Source: Macrostomum hystrix (lineage: Eukaryota; Animalia; Platyhelminthes). From it: a stretch of DNA of 64,000 nt. The stretch is taken from positions 9,548,001 to 9,612,000 of the forward strand of contig CATNEN010000038.1 in assembly GCA_950097015.1 (NCBI GenBank). The letters run 5' to 3'. A model generated the notes under the pieces. It had not been told where the DNA came from. It saw nothing but the letters and a program-made list of their open reading frames with translations, and searched no databases. The position numbers were made by a program, and so were the translations under genes. Positions 47,703-59,464 of the stretch are shown piece after piece (positions within the stretch are counted from its first letter, which is position 1; the number at the start of each line of letters is the position of its first letter).

Positions 47703-49261
47703 TACTTTTCTTGCTATTGAATTCGTCCAAACTGCAAAACCTTTCGTCTACAAACGCTTTTTTAATGGGAGCTAAATTTAGATTATACCATAGACAACTG
47801 AGTTCACGCAGAACGGTTCATCCAGTTTGTAAAACATTTCGTCTAAACCCTTCGTCCAAACAGCATAGTTAAACGGAGCGACTTTATTTGCTATCACGAG
47901 ATATGGAACAAAGCAAAAACAGTGTCTCTTGTTAGAATGTTTGTTCAAAATGTCTTCGTAGTCCAAACAGCGGCCGTAGTAACCCACAGTGTGATTGGTC
48001 CATTGCTGGCACTTCTCCTGTGTAATCACGTGCAGTGCAGCTTCGACCTCTCTCTTCAAAATGTGCATCCGCCAGGCATGCAGAGTCAGGTTCGCAGGAG
48101 CAGCAGCTTGCTGATTAGAGAGCTCGTGCTGAATAGCGGGAACTGACAGTGCCCTCTTCACTGATGCCTTCAGGGAAGACCCTGCGCGCTCAGTTGGGTT
48201 GAGATACGGAGAGTACGGTGGCAATTGATTGGTGCTCTGTTGCGGTGAAAGTCCAGAGACTTGAAGGTGAGCGCGGGCCCCATCAAAGAAGGCCACCCAC
48301 TCAGCCTCCACCAGGACATCCAGCTCTACTAAGAAGTCTGCAAAATTTTGATCTCGAAAACCTCCTTCCACCAGCGCATAGTGAACAAGTCCCCATTGCG
48401 GAGATATGGCCAAGCAGAGAGTCAGGTTTTGTCCGCGCTGGCCACATACCGTTCTCACCGCAGGCTGGCCTCGATATGCCCATCCTTGAGTTCTCGCCGT
48501 CCACAGGTTCAGCCCGAACTCATCGAGAAAAATCTGGTTCCTGTCGTGTCCTTCGTTCATCATCCACTGTGCGTACTCACATCTCGCCGCCTTCACAACT
48601 GGGTCGTTCCAATCAAACGTCTGCCTAGCCAGCTTCAAAGTCACCAGCTGTTTGTCAAGTGCTCGACTTATGGTTGAGACATGAGGAAGTTGACCTTCAT
48701 TGCCAAGTTGCATCAGATGGTTCCGCATCATTTGTAATGTCGCGGACGGGTTTGCCTCGAGAAACTCGATGATTGACTCAATCTGCTGCTCTTGCAGTTG
48801 CTTCGGACGGCCACCTGCTGATGGAAGCTTCTCAATGCGCCCGGTTTGAACGTAGGTGTCGATAATCGTTTTGGCTGTCTTTCTCTTGATCCCAAGGATA
48901 TCGGCCAGTTGTTTCCAATCGCGGCCTTCTTCAACAGCCAAGGCTAATCGCCTGCGGTCTTCGTTTGACACTGGATGGTAGGGGCCTCGGTTCATATTCG
49001 ACTGTTTTGCCGGGTTCAGAATGGAAGATATGCGTTGCTGTAGCTGTAGTGGTAGCAAAAGCGAACTGTCAATTGGGTGTTAACTATGGTAGGAACAGTA
49101 CACTCGGTCTCTAGTCTAGGGGACGAAATGTTTTACAAACTGAATGAACCGTTTTGCGTGAACTCAGTTGTCTATGGTATAATCTAAATTTAGCTCCCAT
49201 TAAGAAAGCATTTGTGGACGAAAGGTTTTGCAGTTTGGACGAATTCAATCGCAAAAAAGTA
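47703..49261 (-). mobile_element. IS630/Tc1/mariner DNA transposon, ~140-bp TIRs, TA TSD
   Basis: TIRs 47703-47843 and 49122-49261 (TACTTTT..GAATTCGTCCAAACTGCAAAACCTTTCGTC..). TA at 47701-47702 and 49262-49263. Internal transposase ORF. Confidence 0.93.
47778..48995 (-). CDS. DDE transposase (IS630/Tc1-like), 405 aa from ATG 48995
   Basis: N-terminal HTH + GGRPK linker, IFLDEFG, FFDGARAH and LPPYSPYLNPTE. Uninterrupted frame. Confidence 0.9.
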   Translation of the reverse strand: MNRGPYHPVSNEDRRRLALAVEEGRDWKQLADILGIKRKTAKTIIDTYVQTGRIEKLPSAGGRPKQLQEQQIESIIEFLEANPSATLQMMRNHLMQLGNEGQLPHVSTISRALDKQLVTLKLARQTFDWNDPVVKAARCEYAQWMMNEGHDRNQIFLDEFGLNLWTARTQGWAYRGQPAVRTVCGQRGQNLTLCLAISPQWGLVHYALVEGGFRDQNFADFLVELDVLVEAEWVAFFDGARAHLQVSGLSPQQSTNQLPPYSPYLNPTERAGSSLKASVKRALSVPAIQHELSNQQAAAPANLTLHAWRMHILKREVEAALHVITQEKCQQWTNHTVGYYGRCLDYEDILNKHSNKRHCFCFVPYLVIANKVAPFNYAVWTKGLDEMFYKLDEPFCVNSVVYGII

Positions 49262-49422
49262 TACTATGTATCTGTTGTGCCTTAGTGCTCATTTTACGAG
49301 TTGCATTTTTCAAACATCAAACCAAACCAGAAGCCAAATTCTTGACGGTGTTCAACTTCTACGTATATTTCACAAGGCTTTCAAAGCACCATCAAATAGT
49401 CTTTAAAGGTCAGAAGGCTTTT

Positions 49423-51863
49423 TCAGCAATTGTACATGGCCTTCAGGATAGCCACATCGCCGTCGGCCATCCGGCTTCGCTGGCCGATGACAACACCGTC
49501 GGGCACAGCGCCTGGCTTCGGCACAATGGTGCGCTGGCCGTTCTTGCTGAAGGCTGTCAGGCCGTAGTGCATCTGGCTGCCGAAGTCGTAGCGGACATTG
49601 TAGGTACCGACCTGGGTGCTGCTCTGCTTGTTGAAGTTGTGCTCGTAGCCTGCGGGTTTGGGTTGAGCTTGTGGGATAATCGAAAGTCAATTCATATTTG
49701 CAGGAGGGCTGTGGGCAATGGCACATCATTTGGTGACACTAGACCCGCAGCTAGCGAGAAGGTAATTCTGCCCATTTCGCTGACTCCTGAGCACACACGC
49801 ACACAGATACTGTACGTATGCAAACGCTTACACAGGTTGTGTACGAGTATATCTGACCTGACTTTCTCATCGTCAAGCAGTGTACACTCTCACTGTGCCT
49901 TGAAGGTTGGCCCTCAAGGGCGTAATTTCACTACAAGTTCCCAAGCCTTGTCTCCGCTGCTGCGCACCAAATGAATGTGGCCTCGCCACGGAATCGAGCT
50001 CAGGGACCTCGGTGCGAGATGCAAATGCGTTAACCGCTCTGCCACTACCTCATGGGGGGTCGGAAGATAGCTTTCAAGAGTGGAAAGATAAGATTAAGGA
50101 ATGGGAAGATTCAAAATCCCTACCTGGGGTGACATTCTCCAGGGCGATGGACACGTAGTTATCGCGGTCCGGCCGGCTCTGCTGGTGGTACACACCTGTC
50201 ATGCGGTGTTAAATAAGTATTTCTAATACTATTAGCGATCGCAGTACAGTCTACTAACAGTAGAAAGTATTGCATTTGTTCTGTGCTAAGTAATTAAATA
50301 GAGCAGCTTTTAAGCAGCGCACCAAGGGTGTGCTGGAACTCGTGCATGATGTTGCCAACTGAGCAGCCAGTCGAAAGGTTCACGTAGGTGATCCGGCCCC
50401 AGAAGCCGACAGTGGCCGAGCAGCTGCGGGTTGAAAATTAAATTCAAATTTTAACTGAATGAGGAACTGTTCAGTCCATGGACTGGAGGGACACCACACC
50501 AACCCTCAAATACCCAAGCAAAGCAGACTTAAGAGTCTTGCGAAAGGACACAAATTTTTGTACCAGTGGAATCGAACCCCCGACCTTCAAGCTGCGAGTC
50601 CAACATTTTAGCCACTAGGCTACAACTCCCACTTGCAAGGAATTAAATTGAATGAATGGCTTCCCTGACCTAGATTTCATCGGGCAGCTGTACACTCTCA
50701 CTGTGCCTTGGTAAATTGCACTGCTAGCCCCTGACAATGAGTGAGGCTAGAACCGATTAATATAAAACCGTAGGGTGCTACTATGAGTAGTGCAGTGCGC
50801 ACAAAAACAAAATTGGTTTCTTACCCACTGCCCGGCTGGATGAGCACATATCGGCTGCCGTCATTGGAGGTGGCCTCGCGGAACTTGATGCAGTTGCCAG
50901 TCTCCCGGTTCACATTGGTCATGGCCGTCTGCACATTGGTTTTGGTGCTGGCGGCTGTAAAGCGGTTTGTGGGACGCGTCTTAAATAAACCGCACATCAC
51001 CTACTAACCGTAAGTAGCATGACTCAGCTTTCCATTAAAAAGAAACCGAAATTCGCACTCACGCAGGTTGGGGTCCAGCTTGTAGACGATGACGCCTCCT
51101 GGCCAACGGTTGGCCGTGCTCAGAAGTCCTGAGAAGGCCTGCGTTTTATTAGGGAGGCCAATTTCAGTCTATTCTACTTGCATCTTGCATGATTTTCTAG
51201 ATTAGGATAGAGAGAAAATAAACCTAAAACCATGGGATCACAGGTGCAGCCGACAGCACAGCCGCAGCTATTGCGCGGCGCATCTGAAGGCTGCGTACGG
51301 CTGTTCAGTCCATGGACTGGGGGGACACCAAAAACCACCCTCAATTACCTTAGCTGGTACCCATTCAACAGCTGGGTGAACTGAAGCAATGCAGAATTAA
51401 GTGTCTTGCTACAAATTGTTCCAGTGTAGTCGGCAATCGAACCCCCGACCTTAAAGTCTTGAGTCCAATGCTACAAATGCTACAAACCTCAAGGGCCATT
51501 TCTGCTGGGTCACAGCCGAAGCTTTTCAAAGGTGATTTTAGCATGATTTTTTTGTATTAAAACACGTCCCACATGTAAATCAAATCCCACATGTACTCAC
51601 CCCCTCAAACGGCTCGATCATGTCGCCCTCGATATCGCTTCCGTACTCAGGCGCGGCTGGGTCCTCAATCATTGGCTGCGAGTTAGTTTGCGGTGGCACA
51701 TTGCATTGTTAAGATTGACAATTGACGAAAAAATCTCTTTTGGATTTGAACTCGCCACAGGTACTACTATCAAACCGTTCAATCCCCAATAGACAGAAAC
51801 GCAGTCACTTACGGCAGCCATCGCAGACGCCAGCAGCAGGCAGATGGTCACCAGGCGAAGCAT
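49423..51863 (-). CDS. Astacin-family metalloprotease, copy B (exons 51863-51813, 51675-51601, 51138-51063, 50954-50825, 50423-50323, 50195-50124, 49649-49423; 243 aa)
   Basis: Same exon lengths (51,75,76,130,101,72,227) and motifs as copy A. Confidence 0.9.
49705..50051 (-). mobile_element. tRNA-derived SINE, family 2 (astacin B intron 6)
   Basis: Minus strand GGTAGTGGCAGAGCGGTTAACGC (A box) ... GAGCTCGATTCC (B-box-like). High similarity to 63705-64000. Confidence 0.8.
50464..50630 (-). mobile_element. SINE family 1, internally deleted (astacin B intron 4)
   Basis: ggaatcgaacccccgaccttcaa head and cagtccatggactg shared with other copies. Confidence 0.75.
51241..51488 (-). mobile_element. 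SINE family 1 (astacin B intron 2)
   Basis: Long match to 961-1240 (gccgacagcacagccgcagc..catctgaaggctgcgta..ttaagtgtcttgcta..aatcgaacccccgacc). Confidence 0.8.
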
Positions 51864-52604
51864 TTTGCGCTTCAGAACCAGATCCTGACCCGTAAATTGT
51901 TGCTAGACTGTCGATTTGAAAATAAAATTTGAGGCCAGACTGCTCAGCCTATGGTTTCTTTATAGTCCCACCGCGCGGCTAGTCAAGGTCCCGCCTGATG
52001 CCAGTATCCCACAAATTTTCAATGCCGCCCACAAAAAAAGATTAGAGCCACTAATTTCTTCTGAAGGTGTTGCAATTTGCTGCAATTTAACCAACCCAGC
52101 AGTCACCGCACCTTATCTGATCACATGTAAGTAAGTGCGGCACTCCAAGTAATTCGTGTTCTTATCGATAACATTTCTGCTTCGCAGAGTAACTAACTTG
52201 CTGAATAACTTAATAAATTATCCGATAAATTAATTACATGGTTAAATAATAAATTACATTAGGTGATTTGGAATTTGTTAATTTAATGAGTCGATCAATA
52301 AGTCAGTAAATTATTTATCTGTTTTAAATTCTTGCTTTTCAATCATTAGATTATTGACCCTGGGAATCATTGTATCGTGTTATCTTGTGTGCATTTTCGT
52401 AAAAGGGCCCGACATTCTTACAGTGTATTTTCCACTGATTTCAATCTCGACTGCCTCAGAAAGCAAGCCTGAAAAATGTATCTGCTTGACGGAACTTTTA
52501 CGACGAGAAATTCATAACAAAGAACCTAAGCACGGATCCTGTTTCCGAGTTTCACTTAGCTGAGCTCCAAGCTTCTACAGAACAGTTGCGAGAGATGAAA
52601 CTAG

Positions 52605-52788
52605 GATGAGATGAGACAGGGGAGAGATAATACAGGGGAGAGATGACACAGGGGAGAGATGACACAGGGGAGAGATGATACAGGGGAGGGACAAGAGACA
52701 GAAGGTATGAGATAGTGGAGATATGAGATACGGGAGCGATGAGACACAGAAGATATGAGATACGGGAGAAATGAGATACGGGAGAGAC
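52605..52788 (+). repeat. Degenerate GA-rich tandem repeat (ACAGGGGAGAGATG)
   Basis: Short tandem units. Confidence 0.75.
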
Positions 52789-52923
52789 CATCACCCTTAG
52801 AACACAAATTTTGAGTACTCAATAGCTCCTTCCTAACTTTAGTTTTCAGAAATATTTGCTGATTTTGCAGACAAACTCATGCAGGACTGCTCATAAGGCC
52901 GCTGGTCTAATTGAGTTCAGTTC

Positions 52924-55093
52924 TCACGGCATGACGGACCGCATCAGCACCCAGGTGAAATTGTACAGTCCTGGCAGCAGCTGGTGACTGACGGGGAGAC
53001 CGAATCCGGCCCAGCTGAAGGGGCTCAGCCTGCCATCGTCTATGGTCGGGCCGCTGACGGCCCAGACTGCGCCGCTTTGCCGGAGCAGCCGGCTGCTTGT
53101 CACCTTGGCGTCGTAGCAGCCGAAGGTGCGTCTGTCCTTGGCGAGAAGGTCGCCGCGGCAGCACAGGCATTTGCACGGATCGCCCTCAGAGTACGGATCG
53201 CTGGCGAACCGGTTCGTGCGCATCAGCCGGCCCAGTTCAGCCGGGCTGCCGGCCTTGTTGACCGCGTCTCGCCTCAGAATCTTCGCCCTAGGCGCCATCT
53301 GATAGGAGTAGTCCGGCCCAAAGCGAGCCACGACCTCCGGGTAGCCGCTCAGCCGATAGATGTCTGCGTGGAAGGGCACATTGTAGGATGGCCAGTAGCC
53401 AGCGCGCAGGACCGCAGTCTGGTCTGAGTGCATCACCAGGCCAGGAATTTGCTCCACAATGGTCAGGGCTCCGTTGCTAAGCGCAGCGCCGGGCTGGAAG
53501 CGGCTGAGGTCGAGCAGCATGTACTGGTTGTTGTAGGTGCCGGAGTTGTGCCTGGCAAACTGCTCGGCCCAGTGCCGCCCACCTGTGGCCAGCTGATTCG
53601 CTGCTCTAACTCGCTGCCATGCCAGCAGGCTGTGGGGCGTCATAGAGCTGAACAGGCTGTCGTTGAACACGCTGTTGGTTGTCTGCAGCAGCACCAGGCG
53701 GTCGTTCACCACATAGAAAGCGTCCAGCGAGGCCAGCGTGCCGGGATAGCCGCTGAAGCTCTGCCGGCCGCCGACGAAGCTGCTATCATTCAGCAAGCGG
53801 AAGTTGTAGTGCTTGAAGGAGCGGAGCGTGGCAGAGTACGAATTCCAGGTGTTGTGCGCGGCCAGTAGGTCTTCAAGCCCTGCTAGTAGCCTGATCAGCG
53901 CTGTACAGTGGCCCTGTCTGGTGTGGCACGTGTAAGGATTAGGATACTGAATGTTCCTACATCATCTCCGACTTCGGTGGTCACCGACCTTTGTCTATTT
54001 ATCTAGACTGATACACGAATCATCTAGATCTTTAAACTGATAAAATTTGAAGGCAAGGCCGCACTGAGGCGCAGTGCTAATTTATTTATCGGGGTGTTTC
54101 AAAGACACTAGCTTTTATGGGAAAATCTGACCTTCGGCCACAACCGTTGAATTTCTCGACGGTCTGGGTACGATTCTCGACTACAGTGAAATAAATTGTG
54201 TCCTTTAGCATTTGCTTCAGTTCACCCAGCTGTTAAATGTGTAGCTGAGGATGAATATGGCTTCCCACTCAGTCCATGGACTGAAAAGCCGTACGCATCC
54301 TTCAGATGGGGACGAATGTTTCCCAAAATATCCCATGGACTTATTCAACCGAGCCCGTTCCTCACCTGGCAGTAAAGGCGGCAAACTCTCGGTGGCTCAT
54401 GGAACGCCAGTCGGGCCAACGCTGCGACAGGACGTCCAGTACGTCAGCGGAGTCGGCGGCCGCGTTAGTCAGGTGCAGCACAAATGCCGGATCATCGTAG
54501 GCCGCAGTCGCCGCCAAGCTGAAGCCCGCGGTGAGGCCGTGCAGCTGGTCCAGCAGGTAGCCGACATTTCTAGCCAGCGGATCTTCCGGATTGGAGTCAG
54601 AGAAATTGCGCGCCCAGGCTGCCTGCCGGCCGAGCCAGTCACGCAGCCGCTCCGTCAGGTTATCCCTCTTCGGGATCAGGTCGTCCACCAGATTGTGAAA
54701 GTGCGCCTCGATTCTGTCGGCAGTCAGGAGGCTTTCCAGCAGGCCCGCAGCGAACATTGCCACCCGGTTCTTCTCGGCGTAGTCTGACGCGCCCTCGGTT
54801 TCAGCGGCGGCGGCAGACGTGGCGACCTCCAGGGTGTCCCATCCGGTGGCGTTGATGCCGGTGGCGAAGTAGCCGTAGGCCGTTGCTCTTGGATCCACGC
54901 AGCCGTCTCTCAGGTAGTAGCCGTCGCCTGAGTAATAGTACACGCTCAGACTGCGCACCGGTGACCTGGTTGAGATGTTCAAGCAGCTGGCGTCTCCGGC
55001 AGCTGTCGTCGGGGTTGCTCGACGAATCCTGACGGCAGCCAGTGACCCCGAAGCAAGGAGAAGCGCGATTAGCGCTACTAGAAGAAGGCGCAT
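52924..55093 (-). CDS. Phospholipase B-like (PLBD1/PLBD2 family) lysosomal Ntn hydrolase (exons 55093-54366, 53917-52924; ~573 aa)
   Basis: Signal peptide, TGWDTLEV, GHCTALI (nucleophile Cys), AHNTW, FSGYPG, SGTYNNQY, EQIPG, YWPSYNVP, PRAKILRRD and DAKVT. Phase-2 GT-AG intron. Confidence 0.92.
54197..54310 (+). mobile_element. SINE family 1 fragment in the PLBD intron
   Basis: tgcttcagttcacccagctgtt..cagtccatggactga..gccgtacgcatccttcagatg matches the other copies. Confidence 0.7.
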
Positions 55094-55985
55094 TGTTGGG
55101 TGGTGCTATGCTATGAACTTGCTCTTGTGTCCCAATCGTTGCGACTGTTGCTTTCGCAATAATATTTGTAGCGCGGCTTTGGACACTGGCGCATCTTCTC
55201 ACCGGAAGAAATAGATAAGTATCGATCGCCTGTTCTAGCCATGTACAATGAGCCCCTACCTGCCCCCTGTGCTTATAATAGTTTTCTTCGGCGCAACTGT
55301 TTGGCAACAGTTGCGTGAAGTTTCTAACAAACGTCCACGTGGTCTGTCAGTAAGAATTGAACAGTTTTGTTTGCTGTAAAGAAAAACTTTATTGACATAA
55401 TGACTAATGCGATCAGAGAGCTGAGTACACCGAGCCAGCTTGCTCAAACACTATGCCTAGCTGCAGATGCAATTCTTTTACTTCACTAATAACTTCCATC
55501 AGCCTCAGCCGGAAAGTAATTACAGTTGACGACTATGAAAATAGTGGCTAGGCTAAGTGTTTGCCAATGTTGTATAGTGGCACTGGGGAACAATGCACTT
55601 GCAGTTGAAAAAAGCTGACATTTAATCAACCCACGCAGAAAATAATGCATAGAAGCTGCAACTCAACAAGCTAAGGATAGAGTGCAGTTTTTGCGCACTT
55701 TCCCCAACTGCAGCAGCTGATTAAAACTGACTCTCTGGAGTCTCTGGAGCCGGAGGGCGCGTGGCATGGAAGCTGAGGCAACAGACAGCTCTACTTGGCT
55801 TCAGGAATTAGAGGGCTTTGAGGCACGATTAAAGGCAGAACAAAGGAGACTTCATTTTGCATGCGCTCTTCAATTGGCTGACGGCAATGTCCAATTGTTT
55901 TAAGCCTTTTTTTGACAATTGAGGACTAGCTCAGCTGTCCCTTCCCATACGACTGACCAAAAAACAGGCAAAAAGGGGGAGAAGT

Positions 55986-55987
<2 letters not shown>

Positions 55988-56015
<28 letters not shown>
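55988..56015 (+). repeat. (CAG)9 microsatellite
   Basis: Direct repetition. Confidence 0.9.
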
Positions 56016-56016
<1 letters not shown>

Positions 56017-56094
56017 TCGCAACACTTGGTCTTTATTAGCATGCTCTTTTAGGCCTACGGCTGTTTCCAACGTGTGTCTGGTTTCTTATCTGTG

Positions 56095-58625
56095 ATGCTG
56101 CTAACTTCTGGGCTACGGTGAGTGAAGCATTTTCAAGTAGGAGACAAAAATGTGAAAAGAGATTTGAGCAGTTTTTATTAGCTTTGAGTAGCTTAATTGA
56201 GTAGCTTTGAGTAGCTTAATTGAGTAGCTTTGAGTAGCTTAATTGAGTAGCTTTGAGTAGCTTAATTGAGTAGCTTTGAGTAGCTTAATTGAGTAGCTTA
56301 ATTGAGTAGCTTTGAGTAGCTTAATTGAGTAGCTTTGAGTAGCTTAATTGAGTAGCTTTGAGTAGCTTAATTGAGTAGCTTTGAGTAGCTTAATTGAGTA
56401 GCTTTGAGTAGCTTAATTGAGTAGCTTTGAGTAGCTTAATTGAGTAGCTTTGAGTAGCTTAATTGAGCAGCTAAATTGGGTAGCCTATAATTGAGTAGCT
56501 TTGAATAGCTTTGAGTAACTTTGAGTAGCTTTGAGTTCTTTTGAGTAACTTTTAGTTCCTTTGAATAGCTTCGAGTAGCGTTGGAGTAGTTTCAAATAGC
56601 GTTTGAGTGTCTTGAGAAGCATTTTAGTAGTTTAGAAAAGCTTTTAAGTAGCTTTGAGTAGCCTTGAATAGTTTTGAGTTGTTTTCAGAATATGTTTAAT
56701 TAGTTTTGTTGAGTATGGAGTAGCATTGAGTAGTTTTCAGAATCTCGAGTACTTTTAGTAGTTTTAAGCAGCATGGTTTTATCTAAACCCATATATCAAA
56801 GCCATATCTATATTTGAGTATACTGCCCAAGTGGTAAAAAAAGAAAATGGAAGGAGGGTGCCTGCTATATGCACTTTGGGGCAGGTAACTGCAAAAGTGT
56901 ACTTTTGCAGTGAACTCAGGCGTGTAACAAAGCGCTGAAGGAGAGAGAGTTCTGATTGCGACAGAACTTTAAGAATGGAATCAATGAGTACCAAACTAGC
57001 ATACCATTTTTTCGTTCCAGCAACCCAATTACTAAATATTAATTTTCCATTCTCTCGACAGTTGCTAGCAACGTTCTGTTCGTTCCGAAACCTTTCCTGT
57101 CTGTTTTGCATTTTTGTACACGCAAGCTACACGTTTATGTCACGGTTTGAGGGCGCACCGCAGGCCTAATTGGGAAAGCTGAAATATTAATTTGACCGGA
57201 GTGACCAAGCAAGTCAACTCCAGACAGTCAATTAAATAAAAAAAATTGAAGATGGGGCTGGCTCATCTGAGACTTGGCCAAAGGTATTTGAGAAATAGAA
57301 CAGTTGAGATTGGAAGAGAACAGGTGAGATTGGAAGAGAACAGGTGAGATTGGAAGTGAACAGGTGAGATTGGAAGTGAACAGGTGAGATTGGAAGTGAA
57401 CAGGTGAGATTGGAAGTGAACAGGTGGGATTGGAAGAGAACAGGTGAGATTGGAAGAGAACAGGTAAGATTGGAAGAGAACAGGTGAGATTGGAAGAGAA
57501 CAGGTAAGATTGGAAGAGAACAGGTGAGATTGGAAGAGAACAGGTGAGATTGGAAGAGAACAGATGAGAGAGGGCATGAAACAGGTGGGAGGGCAGAGCA
57601 GAGGGTAGCCAGCAGCTGCCTGGTCTGAACCCAGCAGTCCCTGGTTTTTCAGCTTCGCCCGTCTCTCTCGGCCGCGCCTCCTGGCCTGCCTTCTGCTAGC
57701 GGCGTCGCTTCTACTCCTTCTGGTCTCCATGGCAACCAGGAATCCGTTGCTGTTTCGACTCCGCGTTGAAGATTCAAATTTGAGGTCGTTGCAGCCGCCT
57801 CCGCCGCCGCCAAAGCCCAAGCTATCGAGTGCCGACTTTGCCGTTGCGTTGGACGCCATCAGCAGCGAATCGATTTCCCCCATCCTCCATCTGTTCGAGT
57901 CTGGCCCCGCCCTGCCTGCCGCGGCGCTTCTGTCGCCAGTCGACCGGTCGCGCCTGCTGTTGGTGTTCAACTGGACCGCCCCGGGCCTTCGGCGGGTCAC
58001 ACGGATGCACTTCCCGCAGCACGAGTTCGTTCTCGAGCGGGTGTTCCGCGTTAGCCCGGCCGGGGTCGCGTCGCGGATGCAGGCGCTTCTCGCCGGCATG
58101 CTCGGCGTCTCAACCTGCGGCGGGGTCGCCATCCACCCGGACACTGTGCAGCTGCCGGCACTGCAGGCCGAGTCCCTGTTCAGTCTGCCTGGTCCCGTCG
58201 CCTTGATGACTGGCAACTCTGCCGGGCAGCCCGACGGTCAGCTGATCGCAGCCAGCCGGCGGCACCCGCTACCCCAGCAGTGGCTCAGCCAGCTGTACCT
58301 CAACTATGTCAAGGTGGCAAAGCAGGGCGTCTGGAGCAACGACAGCCGCCTGTACAGCGAGCTGATCGGGCCGAACTATCTCGATCGGGGCCTGAGACGG
58401 CATCGCCAGGCCAGCGGATTCGGGGCCAGCTCTCTCAGGAGCGCGGACTTCCGGCTGCTGCGGCAAAATGACACACATGCTGCACGGACGATGACACCGG
58501 CGGCGTCTCTACTGCTAGAACTCGAGCAGCAGCAGCAGCAGCGGCAGCAGCAGACAGATCCTGTACCGCCATTGCTGAGCAGGGTGGTAGACCCCGTCGA
58601 CCTTATTGAGGCCTGCCTGCCCTGA
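56095..58625 (+). CDS. Type II membrane protein, glycosyltransferase family 32-like (exons 56095-56117, 57653-58625; ~331 aa)
   Basis: Donor CG|GTGAGT and acceptor tttttcag join in phase 2, giving a basic N-terminus + TM (LLACLLLAASLLLLLV) + Pro stem. GGVAIHPDT, IAASRRHP and IGPNYL resemble GT32 motifs GGIYxDxD, xASxPxHP and TGP. Family call is by eye. Confidence 0.55.
56178..56770 (+). repeat. 23-bp minisatellite AGCTTAATTGAGTAGCTTTGAGT decaying into a degenerate 10-bp repeat
   Basis: Direct tandem repetition. Confidence 0.9.
57297..57565 (+). repeat. 20-bp minisatellite CAGGTGAGATTGGAAGWGAA
   Basis: Direct tandem repetition, ~13 copies. Confidence 0.95.
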
Positions 58626-59464
58626 GAAGCCCTGAGACGTACCTGAACAAAACAACACTCGAACCTGAAGTCGACCTTGCCTTAGCTAACAAAATACGAG
58701 AGACTGTGTTGCTGGAATCCTTTCACTGTTGCTTCCGTTTAGACTTGTAATTTCAGTTCAATTTTTCTTCGAAAATCTTTCCGATTCGCGTTCTTACTTT
58801 TGCAAATTACTAGTATTGTGCTCACGATTGACTCAAAATGACAGTTTCATACGAAATAACCTACAGACCCTGTGCTCCCACTGGCCTAAAAAACCTGTTG
58901 GAAGAATAAAAACTTTCTTTCAAAACAGAAATGCAAAAAATTCAATTCGCACGCAGAAAATAAAAGAAACTTTTAGCACAACAGCAAGCGGAATTCCGAA
59001 GGCGAACATGCCTTTAAGGTTTGGCTGAGGTTCTTTTCGAAGCTATTAATTGATTTAGTAGGTTCCGCCTATCTTAACCAGTTCCCTGCTCATAGTACCC
59101 AGAACTGAATCACTGCGGAGTCAAGCGCCTTGCTCAAGAACACAAATCTCTGTTGGGACAGAGTTCTAACCCGTTATTCTAAAACGTCACCGTGACAAGA
59201 GTCGCATTTGAATAGTTTCAAGTGATTCAAATGCGCGTCAAGTGATTCAAATGCGCGTCAAGTGACTCAAATGCGTGTCAAGTGACTCAGAAACGATTCT
59301 AGTGATTCTAAAACGATTCTGAGGTGGGTGAGAGGGTTGCACTAATTTTTCTGATGGCTAGAATCGTTTTCTGAATCGTTTTTGAAGCGTATCTGATGCG
59401 TTTCTTTTTTTTTCACACAGTTTCTGCAACCCGTTAGAATGAAAGTATGCTTTTACACATTTTT

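Noticed and set aside
49228-49974. 248-aa plus-strand ORF
   Set aside because: Chimeric read across the transposon TIR, an antisense astacin exon and a SINE.
57263-58216. 317-aa minus-strand ORF
   Set aside because: Antisense to the GT32-like exon and runs into a 20-bp satellite.
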